This document shows, one piece after another, positions 17,226 through 30,594 of a DNA stretch of 64,000 nt. How positions within the stretch are numbered: position 1 is the stretch's first letter; each line of letters opens with the position of its first letter. The DNA is from the human T2T-CHM13v2.0 reference genome, Homo sapiens, in the NCBI RefSeq assembly GCF_009914755.1, contig NC_060945.1; one strand, given 5' to 3'. The notes below the pieces were generated by a model. The model was not told where the DNA came from, did not search any database, and saw only the letters and a program-made list of their open reading frames with translations. The position numbers and the translations under genes were made by a program.

Positions 17226-19971
17226 CCCTAGGGTACCCTATTGCATTTCCTTATGTCTTGTAGTTATTCTTTTATTGTGGTTAGTAGTTCTTTATATGAA
17301 ACTTCCCCTGTTTTACCGACCCTTTGACCTCTCTCTCCTCACTGAGTTCTAACTGCTGCAACACGACCACTGTCTCCTTCTAACCACTGCAGCCCTGCCC
17401 TGAAGCATGTCAGCTGGAGAGAGAAAATTAGGGGACTGGTTTTCAGGACAAACGTTAATCAGCTAAACTTGCCAGTGTCTCTTTCTGTAAAATATGGTGG
17501 GGAAGGTGAAGATAACCTGCATGTAAAGATGAACTAGCAGCACTAGTTGCCAACCCTTATGGAGGGATGACCACCTACCAGACCCTCTTCTAAGCACCTC
17601 ACCATATTAACTAATTTAATCCATGAAACAGTTAAGCCAAGTAGGTTACTAGTCTCAGCTCCGTCTTACAGATGATGAAACGAAGATGCAGAGAGATTGT
17701 GTAGTAAGGCCAAGGCCACCCAGACTACAGCAGAACTCGGACTGGAACCCAAGCTGGCTGAGTCAAGAACCCAAGCTCTTTATCCTTCACATAACAATTT
17801 AAACAAGTGCACACAAAACTGGAGACACCTTCTTTTAAAACTACCTTAAAATTAAGAGATATGCGTTAAACACATCAACCTGATTGCCAACGGAAAAGGG
17901 GAGAATGGGAGTGGGAGATGAGGGCAAAAAGAAATGACAAATTAATGAACGAATAAACAAAAATAAGAATGGGGACTTGCAAACGTGTGCATAGCTGTGA
18001 TGCAGGGAGTGACGAGTGCAGCTAAGCCAGCCTCTGTGTGGGGCAGGTGGACAGGTGCATGGGGTTCCTAATGGCAGTGACAATGACAGTGTCCTCTGCA
18101 TCAGAAGGACACAGGGACACAAAACCCCGATCAGATGTGGCAGGAAGGATTCTGGCCCTGATGAAGAGTCACTGAACCTGCTTGAGAACAACTCTCTGCT
18201 GGCTCCGTAGATTTACAAAAACAGAACTGCAAGAAGGTAAGCTCTATAAGGGCAGGGCATTTTGTTCAGTGTCTAGAACACAGCCTCAGATGCTCAATTT
18301 TTGCTGAATAAATGTGCAAATGGATGGACTAGGGGTCAGTGTCTCCCTGGGAGGTCACAGGCTACGTGAAAAAGCTGAGAGCTTGTAGCCAGGAGCATTC
18401 TCTAAACCCAGAGTGGAGGCAGAGGTCGAAATGGATGAAGGCAAAATACAATCCAGCCAACCGTCTACAGCAAGTCTCCTGCTTTTTTTCCGATTTAGAA
18501 TGTAAAACTTTTAAAGAGCACATGTATTATCAATCATATTTTTACATTAAATCTGGGGATAAGCCCCCATTGGGTGTCCAAATAAGCTCTTTCCCACTTA
18601 TCTTTTTACCCCTTGGAGGGGGCAGGGTACCTGAATTTTAATACTAAATTAAAGCAAGGAACTGATTTTAAATGTTAACAAGAAATTAGCATAAATCAAG
18701 CAAAGATGTTATCTTAGAAATAGTTCTGTTTGCTTTTCACTCTAGTCAGAAATAGGTCTTAGAACCTGCCCGGCATCTGGTTGCTAGAGCAAGCACTAAA
18801 TTGATATGTGCCCCCACAAGGATGCCCTTAATAAAATTTTTAGAGAGACATTTAAAAGTTGAGCACACAGGAGTACTAAAATTGCCATCCACAATCCAAG
18901 CACATGACACGTTTTCTAAAGCTAGTGCTTCTTCTAGCACTAATTTTGTCTGTGTGACTTAACCAAGAAAAACTCCACACTCTCCCTTCTTTCTCTCCTA
19001 TTTTCAGTTACGCCAGAAAAGATCAACTTGCAGCATGCCAGAAGGTCTTCCCTAGCTTTTCCAAGCAGCAGTTTGAATCTTATATAGAACATTCCATAAC
19101 CACGGAACATTTGGTTCGCGACGCCAATTTCTTGAGGATGAGGAGAAACACAACTGCCTCTGCCAAGGTACCACCCTCTAGAGTCAGTAAGCCAATACTT
19201 ACCACTTCATTTTAAAACCCATGCAGTGCTCACAGATGTGATTATATAATTACGATCAAATGGCAACCTGTGTGTGAGTCCTGAATCACTTGTCCTGGAA
19301 TGGATAGGGCTATTTATAATCACAGCGAGGCTGGGGAACAGAGTAACTGCGGACAAAGGCAACTAATTTCTAGCCCAGAGGCTGAGGCCGAAAGGAAGCC
19401 TCATGATGGGGCGGCTGCCAGTTGTGAGCAGAACAGTTCACACCGGCCAGTGGCCACCGGTGAGTGACCTCGCAGAGCTGCAGCTTGAGAGCAATGGACA
19501 AGCCTTCCCAGGGAATTGTGAGGGAGCGGCTCTTAGCAATAAACCACCAGCTAGCCCTGGCACAGAGAGGTGAGGCTGAAAAGAGCCCTAAGGCATCTTT
19601 TCTTGTATTCACTTGCTGGGTTCAGTATTTTGGCTCCTTACAAAAGCACAGATTCCAAACGAGGAGTTTTGGAGGGGGCAGAGGCTCAGTGATAGGAATA
19701 AAATAGTTATTTTCATATTCACAGAGCTGAGTTTTATTTCCAAGGAGGGAAAATTGGGAACTAAAGCAGGCAAGCAGTTTATTCCCCAGAAGGATTACTG
19801 CAAGGACTTACCTGCATTCAGTGGCCAGTTGAGCACGCGGGCCAAGCTGGGCTACAGTAAAGCAACGTCAGCAGAGGCGTCTATCATATAGAATGCATTG
19901 GACAATGGTTTCCATTACAATTAACAGAGTTAATTACTCTAGAATTTCTGCTTTAAAGATCTCTGACTTTC

Positions 19972-20293
<322 letters not shown>

Positions 20294-20519
20294 CTAATAT
20301 TTGAAAGACAGATGTTGGAGAAGAATTATCTTAGCAGACATGAGGAAAGACCTGACTCTCCTGTCAACGTAATGAGCTCATAAATACCTCCACCCCTTCA
20401 CCGTGTGTCAAGAGAATGAGACGGCTCCTTCCAGACCCTGTGCCCAACTAATATTGACACTCCAGATCCCTTCCTCGCCTTTTTTTTTTTTTTTGGTTAT
20501 GATATTCAGCTTTTTTTTT

Positions 20520-21200
<681 letters not shown>

Positions 21201-21321
21201 TTAAAGGGTTCTCATTTCATTCCATATATAACTAGCCAAAAATCATTTCAAAGAATTGTTAGCTAATTATCACTAGGCCATTAATATTGAGCAACCCCAA
21301 TTTCCTTGGGATTTATAAGGC

Positions 21322-21795
21322 ACTATAAATTAGTTTCCTGTGGCTGCTGTAACAAATTGACACAAACTTAGTGGCTTCGAATAACAGAATGTGTCCTCTT
21401 ACAGTACGGAAACTCAGAAGTGTAAAATCAAGGTGTTGGCAAGGCTGCACTGCTTCTGGAGGTTTTACAGAGGGATCCATTCCTTGTCTTTCTGGGGCCT
21501 GGGGGCTCTGCACTCCTTGGCTCCTGCTCCCTTCCTGCATCTTCCAAGTGCATCCCTGCAACCTCTGGTTCCATCCTTACAGCTCCTTTTTCTGCTGGTG
21601 TCACTATTGTCTGCCGTTTCTAAGGAGGTTGTGATCACACGGAGCCAACCCAAATCATCCAGAATCACCTTCCCCATCTCAAGATCCTTAATTTATCATA
21701 TCTGCAAAGTCCCTTTTGCCATAGAAGGTAACATCCCCACAGGTTCTGGGGACTAAAATGTCGGCATCTTGGGGGACCCATTCTTGAAACTGCCA
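21322..21795 (-). mobile_element. MLT1 (C/D-like) MaLR LTR
   Basis: ttagtttcctgtggctgctgtaacaaattgacacaaacttagtggctt...ccccatctcaagatccttaa...tctgcaaagtcccttttgccat. Confidence 0.8.
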
Positions 21796-22231
21796 CAGGC
21801 ATCTACCGTGAACCTGTGTCTACTGTGGAGAGCTGAGGATACACAGACTAAAACCCCACCTTCTGTCTCCCGTGTTCTCCCCTCAACATCCAGAAGAACC
21901 AAGTGGAGTAACTGGTGCCAGGCTAGCCCTCCTACCATCAACAATGGAAAATGGGAAAATTATGTGAAACAACTGCTTGAAGATGTAAGACATCAGACAT
22001 GGCAGTACTGTGAGCTGTTGGAGAGAAAAATAAGATAAGCACTATGATTTACCCTGTTTTCTGACTTAAAGTACTTTCCGTATCATAGCATAGGGAAGGC
22101 AAGCCCATGCCTGTTTTCATTTTGCCTGGGATGTCCCCATCCCCCACCCCTCCTTCCCCGGGTCCTCCATCTTCTGCTCCTCCTTCCAGGGTTGGAGTTT
22201 GCCACTTTCTTTCCCTGTAAAAGACTTTCAC

Positions 22232-22540
22232 GACTGGGTGCGGTGGCTCACTCCTGTAATCCCAGTACTTTGGGAGGCCGAGGTGGGCAGATCAGGAGGT
22301 CAGGAGTTCGAGACCAGCCTGGCCAACATGGCGAAACTCCATCTCTACTAAAAATACAAAAAATTAGCCGGGCATGGTGGCGTGTGCCTATAATCCCAGC
22401 TACTTGAGAGGCTGAGGCAGGAGAATTGCTAGAACCCAGGAGGCAGAGGTTGCGGTGAGCAGAGATCGTGCCACTGCGCTCCAGCCTGGGCGACAGAGCA
22501 AGACTCCATCTCAAAAAAAATAAAAAAAATAAAAAAATAA
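22232..22540 (+). mobile_element. AluS
   Basis: Full dimer; TSD aaaagactttc / aaaaactttc. Confidence 0.92.
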
Positions 22541-23091
22541 AAAAACTTTCTTCATCCACTGCGTAGCAGTGCATAGTAGTGCATAGTAATCCTGCTGAGC
22601 AGAGAAGACAAAGCTCAGAGTTTGGTTGCTAAGACTATGGGAGTGGGTGGCACAGAGTACATAAAGCATGGTTGGAGGAGCTTCATGGAGGAGCTGCAGA
22701 AACTTATACAGGGGTCTCCTTGAGTCTCTGAATGAATCGTAAGTTGGGGATATATAGGATGAGATTTCACAAGGCCAGGCAAAGCTTTTAGCAATAAACC
22801 ACCAGCTATCCTTGGCACAGGGAGGTGAGGCTGAAAAGAGCTACGTAGAGATTCCAGAACTTGCAAAGAGCCAAGTGACGTAGGAGTACCAACTCGCCAG
22901 AATTCATAGGTCTGAGGAATACCCTAGGAGCTCAATTGAGGCCTCAGAAATGCCATGCCTCAGAAACTGTGGTTCTCTAGCCTCATAGTAAAAGCTACTT
23001 TATACTCACCCTAACATGCTTAAAAATAAGACTGAAAGAATCATGCTGAACTACATACAAGGAAATTAGCTACTTGCCAGAACAAAACTCA

Positions 23092-23447
23092 GGCCAAGTG
23101 TGGTGGCTCATACCTGTAATCCCAACACTTTGGGATGCTGAGACAGGTGAATTTCTTGAGTTCAGGAGTTCAAGGCCAGCCTGGGCAACATGGCAGGACC
23201 CCATCTCTACAAAAATATATATAAAAATTAGCCAGGTGTGGTGGCATGTGCCTATAGTCCCAGCCACTTGGGAGGCTGAGGCAGGAGGATCATTTGAGGT
23301 GGGGTGTTCAAGGCTTCAGTGAGCTGTGTTCACACCACTGCACTTCACCCTGGGTGACAGAATGAGACCCTATCTCAAAACAAAACAAAACAAAACAACA
23401 AAAAAAAAACACACACACAAAAAAACAAAACAACAACAACAACAAAA
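23092..23447 (+). mobile_element. AluJ with (CAAAA)n tail
   Basis: Diverged dimer. Confidence 0.9.
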
Positions 23448-24057
23448 ACCTCAATGCTCTTCAAGGAAGACAATATAATCCAGACACTTTACAAGCCAGC
23501 ATTCACAATGTCCAGCATAAAATAAAAACTTACTAGACATGCAGACAGACAGGATAATTGACCTGATACCTGGAGGAAAATGTCATTAGAAAAAGACCCA
23601 GACACAATAAGAAGTATAAAATTATCACACCAGAATCTTGAAGCAGCTATTAGAAATATGATCATAGACTTACAGGAAAACACAAGCATAATGATGAAAT
23701 ATAGGGGATCTCAATCAAGATACGGGATCTATAAAGAAGAGTGGAAATTCTAGAGTAGAAAAACAAAACATCTGAAATAAAATATTCACTGGTTGAGTCT
23801 AACAGCAATATTTACACTATAGAAGAAAAGATCATTGAACTTGAAGACTGGGAAACAGAAACTATCCAAACTTAAAAACAGAGAGGAAAAAGGGGAGAAA
23901 AATGAACAGGGCCTCAGCAACTGTGAGACCAAATGGAGTGGTCCAGTAGACAAGCAAATGGAGTCCCAGAAGAAGAGGAAAGAGAGATTAGAGCAAAAAA
24001 AATTTTTTTAAATAATGGCCAAAATATTTTCAGATTTGATAAAAGATAGAAACCCAC

Positions 24058-24316
24058 TATCTCAGTTCATTTGGGCTGCTATAACAAAATATTATCAACT
24101 GAGTGGCTTCAATGCAACAGAAATTTATTTTGCACAATTCTGGAGGCAGAGAAGTCCGAGATCAAGGCATCAGTATCTGGGATTATAAGGACTCTAATCC
24201 CATTCATGGGGGCTCTGCTCTCACGATCTAACCACTTCCCAGAGGTACCACCTAATACCATCATATTGGTAATTAAGTTTTCAACGTAATAATTTTGGGG
24301 AGGACACAAACATTAG
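24058..24316 (-). mobile_element. MLT1A-like LTR, internally deleted
   Basis: ctcagttcatttgggctgctataacaaaat...ttctggaggcagagaagtccgagatcaagg...ttttgggggaggacacaaacatt. Confidence 0.7.
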
Positions 24317-25023
24317 CACCCACAAACCCTCAGGCAGAATATCACCAAAAAACCCACACTGAGATGTATCATAATCACACTTCTGAGAACTAGTGATGAA
24401 GGTCATCTTAAAAGCATCCAGAAAAAAAGAGACGTTACACACTGGAGAACAGTGATAAGAACGTTCTTTTTATCCTAATCAAACCAAAAAGAAGGTCATA
24501 TGTCAGTGCAATGAAACATCTTTAAATAACACAAAGAATAAAACAAATGGACAACTTAGAATTTTACATTCAGCAAAAAAAGCTTTCAAAAATAGATATG
24601 CAAAAGGGGCATTTTCAGACCCCCTCCTCCCCCCAAAAAAGTCAGAGAACATTTCATCAGCACACCTGAACAACCAGAGTAAAGGAAGTTTTACACACAG
24701 AATGAAATGATACTGGGTGGAAACTCAGAAAGGTATAGAGGAACAAAGAATTCCAGAAATGGCAAAAATGAGTTCAAAATGAGGGTAGGTATAAAAGAAT
24801 TTCTTTTTCTGTGATGCCTTTAAAAGTTAATGGGCTGTTAAAAGCAAAAATAACAATTGTGGGGTTTATAACATTTTGTAGAAGTAAAATGTATGCCATA
24901 AATAGCAGAAGGGACAGTGGAGGGATGGAATTATACTGCCATATGGTTATTACATTATACACATACATTATACACAAAATTATATAATATACTTGAAGGC
25001 AGAATATAAGTTTAGAGTGTCTA

Positions 25024-25332
25024 CAGTCATCCTCAATATCCATAGGGGATTGGATCCAAGACCCTCTGCAGATACTGAAATCCAAGGATGCTCAAATCCC
25101 TTATATAATGTGGCGTAGTTGGCATGTGAGGTTTGCATACAGCCTCACACATCCTCCTGTATGCATTGCATCATCTCTAGATTACTTATGATACCTAATA
25201 CAATGTAAATGTAAATAGTCATTATACTGAATTTCGAAGTGTGTATTATATTGTATTAATGTTTTAACTATTTATGATCTGTGGTTGGTTGAATCTGTGC
25301 ATGTGGAACCTGTGGTTACGGGGGGCCCACTG
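25024..25332. mobile_element. MER2 (Tigger-derived) DNA transposon
   Basis: ta|cagtcatcctcaatatccatagggattgg...atccaaggatgctcaaatccctt...ggttacggggggcccactg. Confidence 0.8.
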
Positions 25333-26085
25333 CATTGTAAACCCTGAGCCATCACCACAAGGAAAAGTGAAACAGTCTGGAGGGAAAGAGAGAGGAGGAA
25401 ATCAACAACTACAGCAAAGTGTTACTCTCAATGTCAACAGCACAGACAGGCACAGGGTGTGGTGAACACAGCGAGGTCAGCCAGCTTTTGCAGACCTTGG
25501 TATTAATGAAGTATTTCCAGAGAAGGTACCAGACCCAGGGAATGGGACCTGGAGGAGAAAGCCTCAGGGGGCAGCTCCAAGAAGAAGGAAAAGCATGTGT
25601 GACAGAACCAGGCTGTGAGGGAGCCAGCCTTCTACAGGAAGAAGACCCCTCTGAGCCTACTGTGAAATCAGCAGCCCACCAGCAGGAGCAAAGAGTATAG
25701 GGAAAAAACACCCAAGTGAAAGTATTTGCATATTTCAACAGAGAATGTGTGTGTGCACGTGTGTGTGTGTGTGTGTTTGCACAAGCACATTTCACTTCTT
25801 GGTCAAGACATTCCACTTCATGGAGTTAAATCTCTTATCGCCACTCTTTCCAATCCCTGGCCCCCAGAATTACTGATTCTTAATTACAAAGATAAGCTGA
25901 CAAAGTCCTTACATTAAAGAGGGCTTGCTACAGAAACACACCCCTGGGCCTAGGAAGGTTCAGTAATCTACCCCAGTCAAACAGGTGGTGGGAGATGGAG
26001 CTGAGATTAGGACTCAAAGGGCTGGACTCCAGGGTCTGCACTGTTAGACTCTGTGCTCTCCTTCCCCAGTCATAAACACGGAGGA

Positions 26086-26253
26086 GACTTCTGCTCCTCC
26101 TTCTGGGCTTGGAGTGTGTCCCTTTCCCTGGAAGAGACTTTCTTCATCCATGGCTTTGTCCCCGTGAGTTGGCTGCCTTGGTTGCAGCATTGGCAACAAA
26201 GTCTCTTCCAGGGAAAGGGGCACACTCCAAGCCTGGAAGGAGGAGCAGAAGTC
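26086..26253. repeat. 56-bp inverted repeat (arms 26086-26141 and 26198-26253), 56-nt loop
   Basis: Manual alignment: 53/56 identical, no gaps. Confidence 0.95.
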
Positions 26254-26779
26254 AGAGGACCCAGGGAAGGAGGGGTTTAGGGAAAGGGGATATCCCAAGC
26301 AAAATGAACAGCGGTTGCACTGACACAGTGGTGTGAACGCACCTGGCTCCTTCAGGATGATATATGGGGGAATGGATACCTGAAGCCAGGAGAGAGAGGA
26401 TGTTGGATGGAATGAATAATGAACAAGGAAAACTGTTCTGAGAGGTCACAGATTAAAATAAACCTAGAATGTGTTGGCCACCTCTTCTCAGAAGTGGATA
26501 ATGAACAAAACTCTTCTTCAATCGGTTAAGCCAAAGGCAAAAGCCTGGGACATGCAAACGCCCCTCCTTTTATGCAGCTAATTATACCCGGAGTCCAGGT
26601 GAGACTCGATGAGTTAATGAGGATCCACTCAAAGTCTATCACGGTCCAGAGACAGAGCTAGACCCAGACATGTCCCCTGTCCTCACCAAGCTCGTAGGCT
26701 AAAGGAACACAGACAAAGCAAGCAAGCAAGCAAGTATAATGCGGCCTGGTAAGTGCCAGATCGGGATGGTTCCCTTTTC

Positions 26780-27060
26780 CAGGCTTGATTCCGCAGAGGC
26801 AAACCTGGACACAAGGAGTTGAGCACAGCAGTTAATTTGGGATGTGAGCCAAGAAACACTCATGGAGGAGCAGGGAAATGAGACAGAGAAAGGAAGGAAC
26901 CCATGCACAGTGCACAGTGGGCACCTGGGCCCAACCCCACTGGGGACGTCTAGGAGGCTGCATACGTGGTACATGCCCCCAGGCTGTACTGGCAAGCAGG
27001 GAGGAGCTGGGTGTTTAGCCACTACCTCCCATCCACCGCTGAGGAAGGGCTGTTCTTGAC
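26780..27060 (-). mobile_element. LTR16-like ERVL LTR fragment
   Basis: gcagaggcaaacctggacacaaggagttgagcacagcagttaatttgggatgtgagccaagaaacac...ggaaatgagacagagaaaggaagg. Confidence 0.5.
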
Positions 27061-27446
27061 ACACAAATTTGCTGACATTTAGTGAGCCCCTGTTCTAACA
27101 TGCAATCCTGTGGCAGGAGGAGGTGGCCCTGGGGAAGAAAATCAGGGGCAAGGGTCAATGCAGCCATCAGGCAATATGGGGGTTCAGGAGGCTTCCTGGA
27201 TGTGCTGGTGCTTAAGCTAAGAGCCAGTTGCAAAGCTGGAGTCAGTTGGGCAAGGAGAATGAAGGAGTAGCGTATCCCTGGTAGGAACGGCACTAACCAT
27301 ATTCACCAAAACTGCTTATGTGTGTATTTTGTTCCCCGCGGGGAGTAAATTCCAATGATTAGGTCTTATTCATCTTTTTATAAACCTTCCTCAAGTGTTT
27401 GTTCCCTTTGGGCTGGGCCAGAAAAATCTAAGATAAAGAAGTGTGG

Positions 27447-27807
<361 letters not shown>

Positions 27808-29368
27808 CTAGCTTCAGGAAGAGATGGCCACCAAAAAAGAATGATCAAGATGAAACTCTTACCACCACAAAGAAAGTGTAAAAATTGCTGGGGGGTTACA
27901 CAACTTTGAGTGGAAGAGGCCATGCAATTTGTTTTGAAAAAAAAAAGTACTATTATTTTACAAAACCAAATATATTGTTTAATTAAAATGTATAGAATGC
28001 ATAACATTCTATAAGTGGAATCACATTATACATGCCAAATTTAAAAAAAAAATATCCACAATATGCTGTGGGAGCTATTTATACTCATAAACATAGCTCT
28101 AGAACGTTCTAGAATATCATATTGTATCAGATTTCTATGCATTCTTTTTAGCCTATCTATACCTTATGGTCTTTAAAGAAGGCTAATGCAAGTAAATACC
28201 TGCTTTCTTTTTTCTTCACTTCCTTGAATGTTTCTTGCGTTTTCTTTGAAATAAGAAGCCATTTTCCTCGAGCATTTATTCACACCATAGCCTATGCAAC
28301 AATGCAAGACACCATGGTTTTGTGGGTCCAGGCCATTCCTTTATTTGGGGGGCCTTTGATGTCCCAGAGCAAGTTCTCACCAGAGCTGACCTCATTGTTT
28401 GGACACAGGATCCTGCCAGACCTACCTTATACTGACATCTGCTGGTCATCTCGAGGTCATCTTCAGTAATAGTTAAAATGGAGAAAGACTTTGAGTTGTT
28501 TCCCAGAGTATGCTGAAATTTTTCCCTCAGTTTTCAAGGCTTTAACCAAGACATGCAACAATTTTTCTGGGCAGCTATGTCTGTAATAGAATACATATCT
28601 GTTGGGTCTTGTTTTTCTCCATCTTATGTCATCTATTGCTGCTACTTGCAATTGGTTAGACCAGCTATCCTCACTCAACACTATCCCGGGAGCATTTGTG
28701 ATGGAAAAAAAAAATGGGAAACTTACATAAACTGTTCCCCATTTTTTTGTTTGTTTTCACAAATTATCCTCAGATCCTGAGCTTAGGTCTTCCACAGAAT
28801 GAATATAAGGGGGATGGGAGGACAGGGAGCATGGAGAAGCGACTTTGAGAAGAGCTTGTGTCCAATGCCAGCTCCTCACTCTCCATAACACTGTGTCACA
28901 GTGGCTCCAGCCACTCGTAAGAGCCAGTCCCATCACAGGAATTTCAGTGGCAGAAAACTAAAATGGTTATCCATCATTCTGGAAAATAGCTTAAAACTGA
29001 AAGGCAACCTTCCAGAACCCGAGTTCCTACAAAAAGAAACTCCTCCTAGAGAGTGAGCTTCTACTCCCCTTCCATCCGTGCCTGCCACTCCCCACTGGTG
29101 CACCCCTGCCCTTGCCCCTCACATGACACTGTGGTCCCAGAAAGCAATTAGACTCCCAGGTCCCGTGGAACTGGGTTCAAATCCCCTCTCCAAGCCTCAT
29201 TTGTGTGAACATGAGTTAGTAATAAAACTTTTCTAAGACTCTCTTTCCTCAACTGTAAAATACATAAATTACGATAACAACACGGAATGGAAATGTGGTC
29301 GTGAGGACTGAGATGGAATCACTTTCCCCCTCAGCCTCGCAGCAGATGTCCAGCCTCTGCTCTCTCCC

Positions 29369-29599
29369 TTTTTTGGCTTAGTTTCCAAGTTTTATTCAAG
29401 AACTCATACAAAATATTCCGGATAAATGATGTCTAATCCTCATCTTCCTCCTCTTCTTTTTTTTTTTTGGTTAATTTGGAAGTAACATAATTTGTAAGTC
29501 TCTGTGCTGTTAGTAACGAGACACAATCAAACACAGAGATTGTTGCTCAAATATTTTTTGGTGAGATATTGCAAATACCATTTGGAAAAAAAGCACCTC
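29369..29599 (-). pseudogene. 5'-truncated processed pseudogene of ribosomal protein RPL22
   Basis: Reverse complement reads gaggtgcttttt..ggtatttgcaatatctcaccaaaaaatatttg...gttacttccaaattaacc...gaagaggaggaagatgaggatTAG...ttttgtatgagttcttgAATAAAacttgg..aaaaaa, i.e. decayed EVPFSKRYLKYLTKKYL...YFQINQDEEEEEDED* plus 3'UTR, polyA signal and short A tail. Confidence 0.85.
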
Positions 29600-30099
29600 C
29601 TCCTTCCTGCCTCGTTGGCCTGCTCCCTGTGAGAGCCTGGATCTTAAAAGCAATCTCCACCTTCTCCCACACCTGCAGTCAAGATGTTCCCCACTATGGC
29701 ACTGAAGCCACTCTCAGCAAGCCCATCTGTGACCTATTGATGATTTTTACGTCCTCTTCTGGCTTGCCTTCTGAGGATTTCATCGCACCCACTTCCCTAG
29801 TTTTCCTTCTGCTCCACTCCAGGTCAGACCCCTTTACTAGATCTTCCTCCTCAACCCCTTTCAGAAGGGGCAGCTCAGAGGTCACCCTTAGATGCCCATC
29901 TTTGACTTTCCCCTAGTTGAGGTCCCACAGCTGTATTACCTCTATGCTGATGATGCCTATACCAGTAGTTCAGCCCTACCTCTCCCTGAGCTCCAGGCTC
30001 ATATATCCAACTATTTCCAGGACATCTCTTTTGGATGCTGTGCGGGACATTTTTACACACCACCTCACATCCTCTCAGCCCACCCTTTTGCTCCAGCTG

Positions 30100-30515
30100 T
30101 TGCTGTGGTAACCAGCTGCACACAGGAGGGGCTGATTCCACCTGCAGCCTGAGGCCACGCACACCTCTCGGTTCTCCCCCAGGACAGCTTGGCTGCTGTA
30201 ACTGTGGCACCTGCAGGAGCCCACTCAGTCAGTCACAGGGGGAGCCATCGTACACCTGGAAGAGTAAGAGAGTTGACACGCCCAGGCAGCCCTTGGTAGG
30301 GAGTGGAAACTGGTGGTGATCCTGTCCCCTCCCACTTCCCAGCAAGACCCAGCCCAGATGTCCACAGCAGGGATCAGCTCCAGAACATACTCAGCGTTGG
30401 GCTTCCCTCCTCGGTCTCACTTCTTCCCAGTCCCTGAGATCGCTTTCCCACACAAATAATATGCAGCTCTGCTCTTCTCAAAGGATCTGCTTGTGGGGGG
30501 AATCCAAACTAAGGC
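30100..30515 (+). mobile_element. LTR16-like ERVL LTR
   Basis: ctcacttcttcccagtccctgagatcgctttcccacacaaataa...tctcaaaggatctgcttgtgggggaatccaaactaag. Confidence 0.5.
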
Positions 30516-30594
30516 CCCTCAAACATAACAGAAAATGTTACTCTTCCAGCTTCGTTTCTCCCCTGCCCCATCTTCACATCTCAACAAATGGAAC

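Larger units (their letters stand above)
21900..25020 (+). mobile_element. Old L1M 5'/ORF1-region fragments interrupted by Alus, MLT1A and a local insertion
   Basis: A-rich degenerate ORF1-like text (gaagaaaagatcattgaacttgaagac, ggagtcccagaagaagaggaaagagag, aaaatattttcagatttgat). Confidence 0.65.
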
